DNA of 64,000 nt from Laetmonice hystrix (lineage: Eukaryota), in NCBI GenBank assembly GCA_965235115.1, contig OZ249436.1, positions 37,822,001 to 37,886,000 on the forward strand, read 5' to 3'. The notes beneath the pieces were generated by a model. The model was given only the letters and a program-made list of their open reading frames with translations, searched no databases and had not been told where the DNA came from. This document shows positions 40,774 to 52,709 of the stretch, piece after piece; position 1 is the first letter of the stretch, and every line of letters begins with the position of its first letter. The translations under genes and the position numbers were made by a program.

Positions 40774-41889
40774 GTAGTACCAAATCGAAGGCCGCAAAGT
40801 TGGGATAACGGACCTCTTCGCAGAGCATCCAAGAATCGCTAGGCCAGCATCACTTGACAACTAAACGGTGTTCTGGAAGACACCGTTTAGAAACTGAACT
40901 AGGTGCGTCCAAGTCCCGGTAAGTGATGGCGCCAAGCCGGGTAGATGCCCGAGCAGAATGTACAGTACGGCGGAAGCTACAGTACGCCACACCGGTCTGG
41001 AATCTCCGGGTGCATGGTTTCCTATTGTTTAGAGGCCGAACCTGGCCAAGTGCACACGCGCGTGTCACAGTTTGGGCTCACACCTGTGGTCGTCTGCTAG
41101 CTGATGAGCGGTGGAGTTTTCTTCCAAACAGTAATAAATGACCGCCTGGATAGGTAAATTATGGACCAAAACTGACGGAAGGAGAAAAGGGTTATTACGT
41201 GAGACTCAATCCAGACCTGATAGTTCGGATAGAGTTCCAAGAACTATACAAATACACACGACTCTGCAGCCAACCTCCCGGAGATTTCAGACCGCGGAGA
41301 AAACAGACCACGACACCAACCGGGTAGTAGAGGTCTATCACGTGTCATGCATGTCACAATGTACACGCCCTCTCAGTTGGTGACATTTTACACTGAGTTG
41401 GACCTGTGTATATGGTTACGTGTTAGCTCAGGCAATGGAAATGCTGACCTCTTTATTGACAAAAATATATTTCCGGTAACTTCATTTTTTCAGGCCTGTG
41501 ATTTTTCCGTTTTCTGCTGGATTTCTGGCTTTTTTGTATCAAAAAGTTACCCCTCTGTGATTGATGCAAATCCGTTGAGATCTTATAAATCATATGTAGA
41601 GGGGGGTGGGGGTAAAGCTTTTCCAAATTGGTCAAAACTCGCCAGCAAATGGTTGGAAATCATTCCAGTATTAACATAAATAGGACTTAAACCTCCAAAA
41701 TGCATCAGATCGCACCATTTTAAACATGAAATTGTTGCATTTTTCGCTGGGGGAGGGGACACCCCTTCTGTGCCCGCTTCAAGTTGCACCACAAAAGTTC
41801 AGGTTTTTTTTCCTTCACCTGATCACACCCCTGTTTTTTATTTTAATTCTTTTTTACATTTTGGTTCTATTTTCAACTCTGTACTTCAG

Positions 41890-41980
41890 ACGGCCAGCAA
41901 CAGTCTGTTGGTGTCCCTACCTCCCACATCCTCCACCAGATGTCAGCACCACAGTCTATATACTCCAGCATCCATTTGAG
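41890..41980 (+). CDS. DTWD2: DTWD2 exon 2
   Basis: ttcag acceptor; (K)RPATVCWCPYLPHPPPDVSTTVYILQHPFE, the typical RP..VC.C and ILQHP.E motifs; donor gtaggc. Confidence 0.92.
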
Positions 41981-42545
41981 GTAGGCCTATGTGAATAGAA
42001 ACATTTGACACTTCCAATAATGTAAGAAAAAACCTGTTTAACTTGTACCCCTCCTGCGGCTCCTTACTATCATGATGTACAAAAAGCACATGAAATCTTG
42101 TAGATATCAGGTTTATTAATACTGAGTGACTTGATAATACGTTTATTGCACTGGAAGACAACTATACCCATTTTTATTTTATGGCTGCCACACTTTCCCT
42201 GTCCTGATTGGTCAGTTCCCCGTCACGTGATCACAGATAAAAACTAATATTGCATCTAGGCCTAGCTAGATGAAGCAGTCGTGAACACGATGGATCCCTG
42301 TATCTAATTTCCCGACATGAGAAGTTTATGTGGTAGGTGACTGATTGTTAAGATTGCTCATGGTGTTGATCATGGTAGGTATAGAATTTACTGGTAGAAT
42401 TGTGAGTACTGACTCACTGAAGCTCAGCGTACCCGTAGGCCTATCTCTAGATGATGAGTCTTTAAAAAAGTAAAGTTAAACTGACTGTGCAGTCGTCGAT
42501 GGGTCCTAGCATTGACAGGAAAAGTGCGGCAGTCATAAAATAAAA

Positions 42546-42690
42546 CAAATATGGCACTTGGTATCGTGCAAGTGCTATTAAAATTTATGGCACGATGGCA
42601 ACTGATATTGCACGACGCGAAGCGGAGTGCAATATCAGTTGCCATCGTGCCATAAATTTTAATAGTGCACGATACCAAGTGCCATATTTG
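42546..42690. repeat. Long fold-back repeat (arms about 65 bp)
   Basis: CAAATATGGCACTTGGTATCGTGCA...GATATTGCAC loop GACGCGAAGCGGA GTGCAATATC...GTGCCATATTTG. Confidence 0.85.
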
Positions 42691-42718
42691 TATAATATTT
42701 CCATCTCATGGTACGCAG

Positions 42719-44490
42719 GGCAAGAATGGTGGAGTGTAGGATATGCATCTTAGGCTTTTACAACAGTCGAGCAGAATACCGCGGCGCCCTCTATCTGCCA
42801 CTGAGGTGGCCCCGTTGACAACTGCAGAGCGGCTCGGCGGTATCTGTGAGGCAATAAATTGTGGGGATTGCGACCAAAGCTGCCCAAGCATGAGTTTTGT
42901 CTCATTTCCTTGTTTCTAATATTGCACAGAACTGACCAATCAGGACAGTCGTTCATAGAGGGCGCTGCATTTTGACGTCGCCAAAAATGGCCTACTTGCA
43001 TATCCTACATTCCACCATCAGGGGCGCCGCTGCCGGGGGGGACGGGGGGGACATGTCCCCCCCACTTTTGCTGGCGACCTAAAAAGGTCAAAGGCTCCCT
43101 GAAGTTGAAGCTAGGCCTAGTAGATAGATCTACAGGTCTTCTTATACTCCCTATGCCTAGCTTTTTAAGGTGAATTGCCCATGGGAGGCAAATTAAAGAT
43201 AGATTTTCATCTTTTTTAATCTTGGCCTTCGCAGGCCTAAGCCTATGTCATGTGTTTAGGAGATAGGTCTATGCTTTGCTGTTCTATAATTAATATGGGC
43301 CTAACCGCGGCCTAGATCTCCTGCAGCTTCCCTGTGTACCTTAGTCCTACCACACTGGCGGATCCAGGGTAGGGGGTCACATAGGGTCTGGACCCCCCTA
43401 AAATATATATATTCCATGGCGCCCCTCCTGCCGTTCATGGCGCCTCACGGCATTGTAGGGCTACATAAGACTTTTGACATAATTGGTCTTTAAATAGCTT
43501 TGTGCTCCAAAGTGCATCAGATTTCACCAAATTACACCTTGAATTTGAAAAATTTCCGGGGGGCATGCCCCGGAACCCCTAGCAAGGCTTTGTGCCTTCG
43601 GCGCTCGTACAGTCACACCGGTTGCTTCCCTAAAAACGTTGGCCCCCCTACTTGAAAAAGCTGGATCTGCCCCTGTACCGTCTCTTGCTTAGCTCATAGA
43701 CCTGAATATTCAGGTCAATCTTAAGCTCTAGAAAATCTAGGCCACGCTTTAATTAGGCCTATTGTCTGACAGCGTTAGGCCTGCGGCCGTCAATATTTTT
43801 CACCCCTATGTTGGGCCTTCCTATTTGATTTTGAAGAAAAAGACCTCATGCGTGAATGTATTCAAATAATGAGTGAGGTTTACCAATTTTTACTAGGCCT
43901 AGTGTGGTAGAATAGAAAGTGGCAAGTAGGATGGGGACGGTCTCTATTTTATTTGGTAAAAGTGTGTTTTAGGCCTATTCGTCAACTTTTTTGGCTTTTG
44001 ATAAATATTGCTTGATACTGTTTTTTGTGATGTCAACGGCCAGGTGGGGCCCACCTAAAAAAAATTTTTTAACCTCGCTACGCTCGGCATGATTTCATTG
44101 TAACTGTAGGTACTAATAGTACAATACATCTTCATACAAAAAAGGAAGATCTGAGGGGGGCAAGCCCCCTGATTAATCCCTCACTGATTAATAGGCCTAC
44201 ATTAATCTTTAGTTTGATGCTGAGAAGCCGGCAAATAGCACCGATTGCCTTTTATATTCCCAAAGTTGGAGCCCCCCCCCCTTTCAGCGCGTGGCACCTT
44301 CTGACACCCCCCCCCCCCCCCCCCCCCCCGCAAAGAAAATCCTGGGTCCGCCCCTTGGGGGGGGGGGGGGTGAATACACTGTTATTTTGCAATTCTTATG
44401 GTACATAAATCTCGGGGGGAAAAGGTCAAACACACCAAGATTGTCCCCCCCACTTTGAAATAGGCAGCGGCGCCCCTGACCATTCTTGCC
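42719..44490. mobile_element. Harbinger-like MITE (CAG TSD) whose right TIR is split by a 1460-bp insertion
   Basis: CAG|GGCAAGAATGGTGGAGTGTAGGATATGCA ... TGCATATCCTACATTCCACCAT [insert] ACCATTCTTGCC|CAG. Confidence 0.8.
43019..44478. mobile_element. hAT-like (CAGGGGCG) element with 5-bp TSD ACCAT; contains a further insert at 43353-43675
   Basis: Perfect 18-bp TIR CAGGGGCGCCGCTGCC.. / ..GGCAGCGGCGCCCCTG core (16 bp exact); ACCAT at 43014-43018 and 44479-44483; inner element CACTGGCGGATCCAG / CTGGATCTGCCCCTG with TACCA/TACCG flanks. Confidence 0.8.
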
Positions 44491-44610
44491 CAGAGTGTGT
44501 ACAATATAATACCCGAGTAGCATGCTTTACATCTTTTTACCATGCATGCTTAAATGAGGTGTTCACTTGTTTTAATGAATTTCGAGTGTTAGGTTTGCAT
44601 GTCATTATAG

Positions 44611-44705
44611 GAAACAAGACGTCTCCAAACTGCTCCAATGTTATACCATGGTCTTCCATCTGGAAAATGTAATATATTGAAAGGGAAAAGGTTCAGTACT
44701 ACAGT
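44611..44705 (+). CDS. DTWD2: DTWD2 exon 3
   Basis: tatag acceptor; ETRRLQTAPMLYHGLPSGKCNILKGKRFSTT; donor gtaagt; phase 2 joins exon 4. Confidence 0.88.
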
Positions 44706-44811
44706 GTAAGTATCAGTTTATGGTTTTCCATTTTGCACTTTTAGTTGTGTGTTTTGCATTAATTTTGAAATAAAGATTTCTGAGAAACTAAATTGTACCT
44801 TTGTTTTTCAG

Positions 44812-45004
44812 GTATCCTGAATTGGCTGAACTTGTTGAAAACCCACAAACTCTGCTATTATATCCGGGTCCTAATGCACGAGATATTGCCTCCTTTCCGG
44901 TCCACTCCTCAAAAGGACCATACAGTTTAATACTTTTGGATGGAACGTGGGCACAAGCACGTGGAATATACACCCAAAACAAGTTTTTGCATTCTGTCCA
45001 ACAG
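44812..45004 (+). CDS. DTWD2: DTWD2 exon 4 (DxTW motif)
   Basis: YPELAELVENPQTLLLYPGPNA...LILLDGTWAQARGIY contains the DGTW signature; tttcag / gtaaat boundaries. Confidence 0.95.
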
Positions 45005-45465
45005 GTAAATATAAAATGTTGCATCCAATGACAACCCATCATGGCTGTGTCATCAAATATGCAGACATGCTGATGCTTTAGAAATGCTGAAGTATTTTGT
45101 ATGATTGTATTTATATTTAAATTCTCCATGGTCCCATGGTCTGAGCAGCTCATGAGTCTGTAATCTTCTGGTCCTTAAATCTGAAGGTCTAGAAACTACA
45201 TTGTATAGCAAAGTTCTGTGTTCCACAACGATACTAAATATATAACAGAAGGACAGGTTTAATTCCCAGTACATGAACATCTCGTCTTTCACATTTGCAA
45301 CTGTAGTGCAACTAGATTTGTACTGAGATTCATTGGATTTCAACCATTTTCACATGAAACACATAGTGAGAATTAGTATGGTGTACATGTTTGAAAATTT
45401 GTGAGTTCAAATGATGCCTGAAGAGTATACATCTTTAAAAGCTACATCACATGATTGTCCGACAG

Positions 45466-45594
45466 GTACAGATAACAAATGCTGGTCTGAGCGAGTATGT
45501 GATCCGGACACAGCCAATGGATGGTTGTCTCTCAACCCTGGAAACTGCTGCCTTGGCCATTGGTCTGCTAGAAAATAAACCTCAGCTTCGGGAC
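45466..45594 (+). CDS. DTWD2: DTWD2 exon 5
   Basis: VQITNAGLSEYVIRTQPMDGCLSTLETAALAIGLLENKPQLRD (Y.IR.QP...CLSTLE motif); gacag / gtaagt; 129 nt. Confidence 0.95.
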
Positions 45595-45818
45595 GTAAGT
45601 GATCTTCATCCACGAGGCAGATATTACATGCATCAACAACTAATTTACCCCCCCCCCCCAAAAAAAAAAATATATATATATAGAAATTCTTCCTTTGACA
45701 ACCTTGATAAATTGCTTTTAAAAATAAGGAAAAGAGCTTTCTAATCTTGTCAACGTATCTTAAAGAACATTTTGTTATGTACAACTGTATATGAAGGCCC
45801 AGGGCTTTATCTCTCTAG

Positions 45819-46046
45819 GTGCTGGTTCAACCCCTGCGGGCACTGTGCGACTTCCAGCTTCAGTATGGTGCAGTCAAACACCAGAGCAGGCAGTATCTTA
45901 TTGAACAAGGACTCTATGAGAAACAGATGCCAAAGAAACACATGAAAAGTGTCAAGAACCAAGCAAACAATATAAAACAACAAATAAATGAGGTCAAGGA
46001 TAATATTGATGAAAAACATCCTTTGGAATCTGGAGTGGTCAGCTGA
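45819..46046 (+). CDS. DTWD2: DTWD2 exon 6 (terminal; spliced CDS 855 nt, 284 aa)
   Basis: ctctag acceptor; VLVQPLRALCDFQLQYGAVKHQS...; TGA stop; AATAAA at 46291-46296. Confidence 0.92.
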   Translation: MLVQPLRALCDFQLQYGAVKHQSRQYLIEQGLYEKQMPKKHMKSVKNQANNIKQQINEVKDNIDEKHPLESGVVS

Positions 46047-47657
46047 CCCTGGTCGAAAATAGAACTGGTAAAAAGCATTCTGCTGAAAACTTACCTCTAG
46101 TAGACCAAAAGTGACATCTCATTTGCTTTAAATACAAGTGTCTTAAAACACATGATCTGTGTCAAATGCCTCAAAGAAACAGCTACAGAGGTTTACATCC
46201 ATTTTTCACTGGTGATGTTAAGTTCTTTGAAACGGTGTTTATTTCACCCTGCTCGTAATGTATTTGAAATAAGACAACTCTTGAAATAATAATAAAAATT
46301 AAGGTTCTCTCTAGAACGACCATATTGAAAACACCAAACTGAAGGAATGTGGAATGTAGCCTGAATTGATGTTTCACTCTGTAGTGTTTCTGCTTGCAGA
46401 GCGTCAGTTTTAGCATCATCATTAGGGGATATTTCAGGCAACATCATATTCATTCAGCACAGGCAGTCACCTAGTTGCCGTTCTTGAAAGACTCATTTGA
46501 AGAGACTCTCTTTCCGTTTCAGTGTATTTTCTAAGACCTTGAAGCATACAAGTACCGATATTTTTTTGTCAAATAAGTGACCGAGTGTGAAAGCAAATAC
46601 AGAGACCTATGAGTTTTACAGGAGAAAGTCTTAAAGGTACACGGTCAAAAATACCATTACCATTTCATGGCTGTATTGAGATTACCAATACTTATGCATT
46701 TACTTTTTCTCACGAGACAAGTCTGAAAAGAACTCTACATGCACCTCAATCCAAAGATGCATATGTACTTTGGAAATTTAAGTTTAATTTTCGTAACAAT
46801 CCCACAAACGTAAAGGGGAGCCAACACTACCTTTTTATTTTTTGTACATGTATGTACATTGTATATGCCATAATTCTCCAGGTCATGCACTGATGAAGCA
46901 ATTTTAAGCAAGCCCCTGGCCAGTCGGGCAAGGAGTTATGCAACATAATATTTATATACGTGTATTATATCATGGTTGTCAAGTGTTGAAAATTATATTT
47001 ATCTGTATGAATTAAAGGTATTTTACAGTGTATACGGTCACTTCAGATATATTCATTATTGCCCCTCCCCCTTACAATTTGGATCCAGATACCCCAATTC
47101 TGCAATGGAGCGATTCTTCATGCCTCCTTCCATTATTTCGTGATCCTAGAGACAATAAGTGAAAGGTTTGGAGAGTTGAAAAGGGGATTCAACCCTGGTT
47201 AACAAGATCACCATATGTGTCAATGCACACTCGTAAAAGGCTAAATTTCTGTTCGTTTGCCAATGCTCTTCACTGGCTGACTTTACAGGACTTAAAATTT
47301 CTCAGAAAATCCAATGAGCCAGTTTAGGTGGCTTGTATTTTTTTTTGTCACTGGGACTAGGGGGGCCGTTCTCAATCTTGAACTATGGTATACACTTCAA
47401 CGGAGAATGACGAACTTTACAGATATCCTCTACCCTAGAGTGCACGTTAGGCACATGTACTTAAAACCTATTATACTCGCCTTCAGAGAAATACATACAG
47501 CAGGACATGTATGTGGTTATATGAGCATAAGAAGCTCCATGTGTTGAACACAGACCCAAACACATTTTTTTCGAAAACAGACCCAAACACATTTTTTTCC
47601 ATTGAGCGACCCATTTATTTATTTTTTGTACACATGTCTAGGTGGCAGTGGAGTTCT

Positions 47658-47911
47658 TTACTTCTTTGCCGACAGAGATTCTCTGAGAGAGTCTCCGCGC
47701 GATTTGGACTGCGAGGCAGAGCGGCGGCGCTCAAGCTTCCTCTCCTTAGCCTCCTTCATCCTTTGGGCCAGGAGCTTCGTATAGTCAGCTGCTTCTTCAA
47801 CCTTCCTGGCTGACCTCTTGCGCTTCAGGGCAATGCGATGCCTCTTACGCTGCAGAACAAGCGGGGTCACCAAGCGCTGGATCTTTGGGGCCTTAGAGCG
47901 TGGCTTTTTAC
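47658..47911 (-). CDS. RPS6: RPS6 exon 5 (terminal; spliced CDS 753 nt, 250 aa)
   Basis: (G)[23 protein letters not shown]...[23 protein letters not shown]; overlapping AATAAA signals on - at 47614-47623. Confidence 0.97.
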
Positions 47912-48203
47912 CTGTCACACAGAAATAGAGAAAAGGAACTGGTATTAGTTTCAAAGGTTAGCAATCTATCACAACATGTATTATGAGTTACTGTAAGAAT
48001 ACATTTCGTCTCCCCTGAACAGCATTGCATCTGTGAAATCCAAACTAATACACCTCACTAATATAAGGTTTTGATAACCAACTCCAAATGCACTAAATGC
48101 ACTGATAGTGCAATTACTCAGGTACATCTTCTGTATAGTTTAAATTCCATACTACATAATTAACATCACTATTTATTAAAAAGTTTGCTTCCAATTCATT
48201 CAC

Positions 48204-48353
48204 CTTCTTTTGCTGGAAGAGGACGGCGTACCACGTATTGACGAACATCATCTTCTTTGCCAAGATTGAAGAGCTTGCGGATACGTGATGCACGCTTAGG
48301 TCCAAGACGACGGGGAATGGAAGAGTCTGTCAACCCTGGGATATCCTGTTCTC
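48204..48353 (-). CDS. RPS6: RPS6 exon 4
   Basis: (G)[49 protein letters not shown]; gtag / gtgaat; 150 nt. Confidence 0.96.
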
Positions 48354-49042
48354 CTACAAAATGTTAAAAACATCCTATAACTTCATAATTTGCTACAAAT
48401 AATCGCAAATAGTGGCTTTAGAACATTAGCTTTATAACATTAAAACTTTGTATGTGGCAAGTTTGATATGATTCATAGCGCAGTTTATGAAAAATTGTGA
48501 GTTCAAAATGAGTGTGTGCCAGCAGTAGCAGTCCCTCCCGCCGGCCGGAACATCCACACCGCCGACCCTGGCACTGCTGTCCGCTCACCCCCATATTAGC
48601 TTTCACAGCCCCGTTTCATACAGAGCCCATCCTATGGCCAAGAGAGTAGTACCCAAGACCCAGATTAATCAGTTTCTGCAATTTGTGAACTACAGCGATG
48701 CTCTCAGCAATATCTATATGACAAGGACAGGGTGTACTGTAAAGATTATGGAATTTGATACACCTTGTTTTAATTACTAAAATTTAACTGCATGATTTTA
48801 CCTTGGGGGGGGGGGGGGGTTCTTGGGGTACACTTTGTGAAAAAAATAAACCTAGAATTTTATGTTTAAAGAGTCAAGAATTGTGTAAACCAGGTGGATT
48901 TAAGCACTGGACTGACGCAAACTAATTTAAACATCCCTACAGGGTTGGAAATTGTTACAAAAGGTGTCACACACAAGTCTATAGAATGTATGGTTTTGCA
49001 AAATAAGCAATTACTGCACTATTTTTTGTACATCTGAAACTA

Positions 49043-49294
<252 letters not shown>

Positions 49295-50174
49295 CTAAAT
49301 AAAAGAACAATTAGTACAATCAATACATGCAATTTCTCTGCAGCTCTCAATGCCTGCTGTACATCCAGCATTTCAAGCCATAAATAGGAAACTAACACAT
49401 ACCACAGTGAGTTTACTTTTGGTCACATACCAAACTTCCATATCATAGGGCTTACATGCAAGACAAATCAATCATGTTATAACAGTTACCCAGGCCTCAA
49501 TAAATCTGGAACCCGGACGCCTGAGAAAATTTCTAGAGTCACCCTCCCTAAGTTGCACCACAAAAGTTCAGGTTTTTTAAGTCTGAGAAGCAGATCCCCT
49601 GTATCGTCCGAAGATTTAGGCATAAATCATTGGTCAAGTTAACCGTCCGTTATTTGCATGAGATGGGCAGATGAAAGCGGAGTCATGGAGAAATTTCTGT
49701 CAGCCTTCATTTCACTTATTAACTGTATCACAGTTGCAAAAACATAATCTCGGGCTACCACCATAAGTCAGAGTGGTAGCCTACTGGGCAACCATGCTTT
49801 GGCCAGATTTTTCTGTATATCGGTCATGCTGTGTCAGTGTACAGGGGAGCCATTTTTACAGGTTAATTTTGCAGGGAAATTTCCTGAAATCCTGATGGGG
49901 AGGGTCAATGTCCATAATATTTGTTCATGTGCAGATCCAAGGGGCTTACCCACCCTCAAAAAAAGTCACGCTACTGTCGCTAGGAACAGCAGACATTCAT
50001 GATCCGACAAGGCTTCCTATCTATAATTATACAGGGCCTAGACCTCGGTATTGAGCGCCCCCCCCCCCCCCCCAGCAAATTTGCTGGATAGACTCCATCC
50101 CTCATCACTCCATGTCTCTGTTGCTTGCCTGGCTCTGCCGTCTCTCTTCAACATTGGAATCCAGTTGGCTTTTA

Positions 50175-50564
50175 CAGTGCTGCAAACGGACAGTCGCCCA
50201 CTCGCCCGAGGCGACCAAGTCTTGGAGTGGTCGACAAAAACGTCTGTCACACTCGCCCACTTTGGCGACCAAGGACCCGGCTGTGAGAGGGGTGGGGGGT
50301 GAGCACAGGTGGTGCTGACCCACTTTCAAAGATGGGTATCAGTTGGAGGAGGGAGAGAAGGGGAGGAGGAGAGGGAGGCAAGGGAGGCTAGAGATCAATT
50401 ACATTGAAAAGTAGCAAGGATTTAAGAGCCATTTATAAATTAAAAAAAAAAAAGGTCTCTTACGTTGATAGGTTGGACCACCAAAATTTGAGGTGGACCA
50501 CTAAGTATCTGGACTTACTGGTCCAGTCTGACCACCAAGTTGGTGAAACCTGTTTGCAGCACTG
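50175..50564. mobile_element. hAT-like MITE with 6-bp TSD (RPS6 intron 2); inverted partial copy at 51603-51706
   Basis: CTTTTA | CAGTGCTGCAAAC ... GTTTGCAGCACTG | CTTTTA. Confidence 0.75.
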
Positions 50565-52041
50565 CTTTTAGCGTCCAACAAGCACATGATTACGTTGCCA
50601 TACAGCTTCCATGTGTTAGACTGCCCACACAGGCTGCCCATCAGTCTTGACCCTCAGCAGTCAGGACCCTCAGACAGCGTCTCTGAGACAAGCAAGACAG
50701 TCAGGTGGCCTCGACCATGTGTCCATGTGCGCATGTTGTTGTGAATATTGACTTCCAGACTTATCCGGACACCTGCACTGATGAACAAATGTGGGACGGC
50801 CTAAAAATAGCTTTCAGTGCTTCAGGGCCCCGCACGTTGTCAGTGAACTACTTTGCAGTTTGGCTGCATTCCTTTCCGTTCCGAAAGACTGGGGGGGGGG
50901 GGGGGGGGGCAACACCCGTGATTGGCACTGGACGGGATTGAGACTCTCTAATATCGGGTTATATTCCCCCCATCAATAAACGAACTTTAGCAGGTACATA
51001 TATTGAGCTGCATGGTGTTAAAAACGTCCTGGAAGAGGATATTCTTCCATTTGATAATATTAACAAAAAATTGCCCACCGCTCATGTTAGGCCTATATTT
51101 CCTTTTTTGATTTTGGGGCACCTGTTTTTTTTTTATTTTCAAAAATTTCCCGAAAACTTCCATCCCTGATTTTGGCTAGGCAGGTTTTAGCTCGCCTCGA
51201 TGGCATTTTGCTTTGTGCTGTCAATTTCACCAGCAATATGTGCTACTGTGGCCTGCAAAAAGGTCCAAAACAAAACTGCTTGACCGAAGTGAAAATGGTA
51301 CAGTTTGTCAGACCTTAGATTTAGAACCTGATCTGTTGATAAAGACTGCCATTGTCACTTCACAATATCACAACATGCTTTTTCCGAAGTCAACTGTGAC
51401 GTCACAATGTCACCATGGTCGTCATGAGACAGTAGGTGTTACCAAGTGACCTGTCACTCCCGGTAACTTGATAGATCCCGGCACTCACGTTTTGTCCAAG
51501 GTTATTCTTTGGCCCCCATCTCCCCCATCTTTTAGCATCTTTGAAAGTGGCTCAGTACCACCTGTAGCATTTTAAACCTGTGCCCCCCCCCCCCCCCCAC
51601 GCCCGGGTCCTTGGACTTGGTCGCCAAAGTGGGCGAGCGTCACAGACGTTTTGGTCGACCACTCAAAGACTTGGTCGCCTTGGGCGACTGTCCGTTTGCA
51701 GCACTGTGATTTGCCAACTCTGAGGTTTGCCAACATTCATTCACTAAAAAACCTAAGATCTCTGATGAAAAACCGGATTTGGGAATTTTCCAATCTTTCC
51801 TTTTGAAGAAAACCATTTAAATTACTCACTTAAGTGCATAATTTTGCCTATTCGACCAACTTTTATTGCAAGTAAGATGACCACTTCATTTTCCATAAGA
51901 TTCTGGTACTGGCCAGATAACCGTAGACAAAAGGCTGAAACCATACAGTTGAACAAACCATACATGATGTTGGCAACCCTGGACTTTTCCAGTTTGGGCA
52001 CAAAACAAAATATGGAACACCTTGAATCAGGATTTACGCAC

Positions 52042-52173
52042 CTTCCATTCATCTCCGAGGTTGTCAGCCTCTACCTCTGCTGACATACGCTTATCGTAGA
52101 AAAAACGAAGTTTGCGTTCATCGTCCACTTCAATTAGCTTTTGGCAACCCGTTGCCGGGAAGGATATGTTCAG
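52042..52173 (-). CDS. RPS6: RPS6 exon 2
   Basis: [44 protein letters not shown]; tgcag / gtgcgt; 132 nt. Confidence 0.97.
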
Positions 52174-52709
52174 CTGCAATACAAGGATGTGTGTTAAATC
52201 AGGAGATTTCAATTCAATATAATTCTGACTCGAAATGAATTATTTCGATTCTGTGGACTGTTAGGGCTGAAGCTACTGTACTGTAGACTGTAACGTTAGT
52301 GTATTCTGTCCATATTCGATATTCCTATCGTGATCGGCAAGCAACTGGCGAAGTGTTGACTACCAACGGACATAGATGACAGACCCATTTATTACTTTGG
52401 TTTTGATTCCAATAAAATCATTTAAATCTAAAAATATTTCCAATAATCGATCTGGATGATATTTCGATGTCACTTATGGATATCTGAACAAACTACAAAC
52501 TTTTTGACACATGTAGACCCTCCATTAAACATGTTTCATTGCATACTTCATAGGCGGACTAGAGACGAAATCAAGTTAATCCGGATGGTTCCACTAGTCA
52601 TATCTACCTACTACACACATGAACAGACAGACAAATATGTAGAAATTCATTATTGAATCTCATTTTCTGGATCTAATATTTATTAATGTATGAAAACATT
52701 GTATTTTAC

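Larger units (their letters stand above)
38961..40991. mobile_element. Ginger1-like non-autonomous element with CCGG TSD
   Basis: CCGG | TGTGGCGT-GCTTCCGCCGT ... ACGGCGGAAGC-(TACAGT)-ACGCCACA | CCGG. Confidence 0.7.
38925..41315. mobile_element. TGT-terminated MITE interrupted by a 2-kb nested element (DTWD2 intron 1)
   Basis: Left end CCGG|TGTCGCGGTCTGTTTTCT, right end AGAAAACAGACCACGACA; the body 40996-41315 matches the intact copy at 58119-58459. Confidence 0.8.

Noticed and set aside
50102..50108. C/D snoRNA from a GTGATGA box in RPS6 intron 2
   Set aside because: No suitably placed CTGA D box or terminal stem downstream.
50778..50790. Hammerhead ribozyme cores (CTGATGA here and at about 41101, 62404, 32701)
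   Set aside because: No stem II followed by GAAA or compatible flanking helices.
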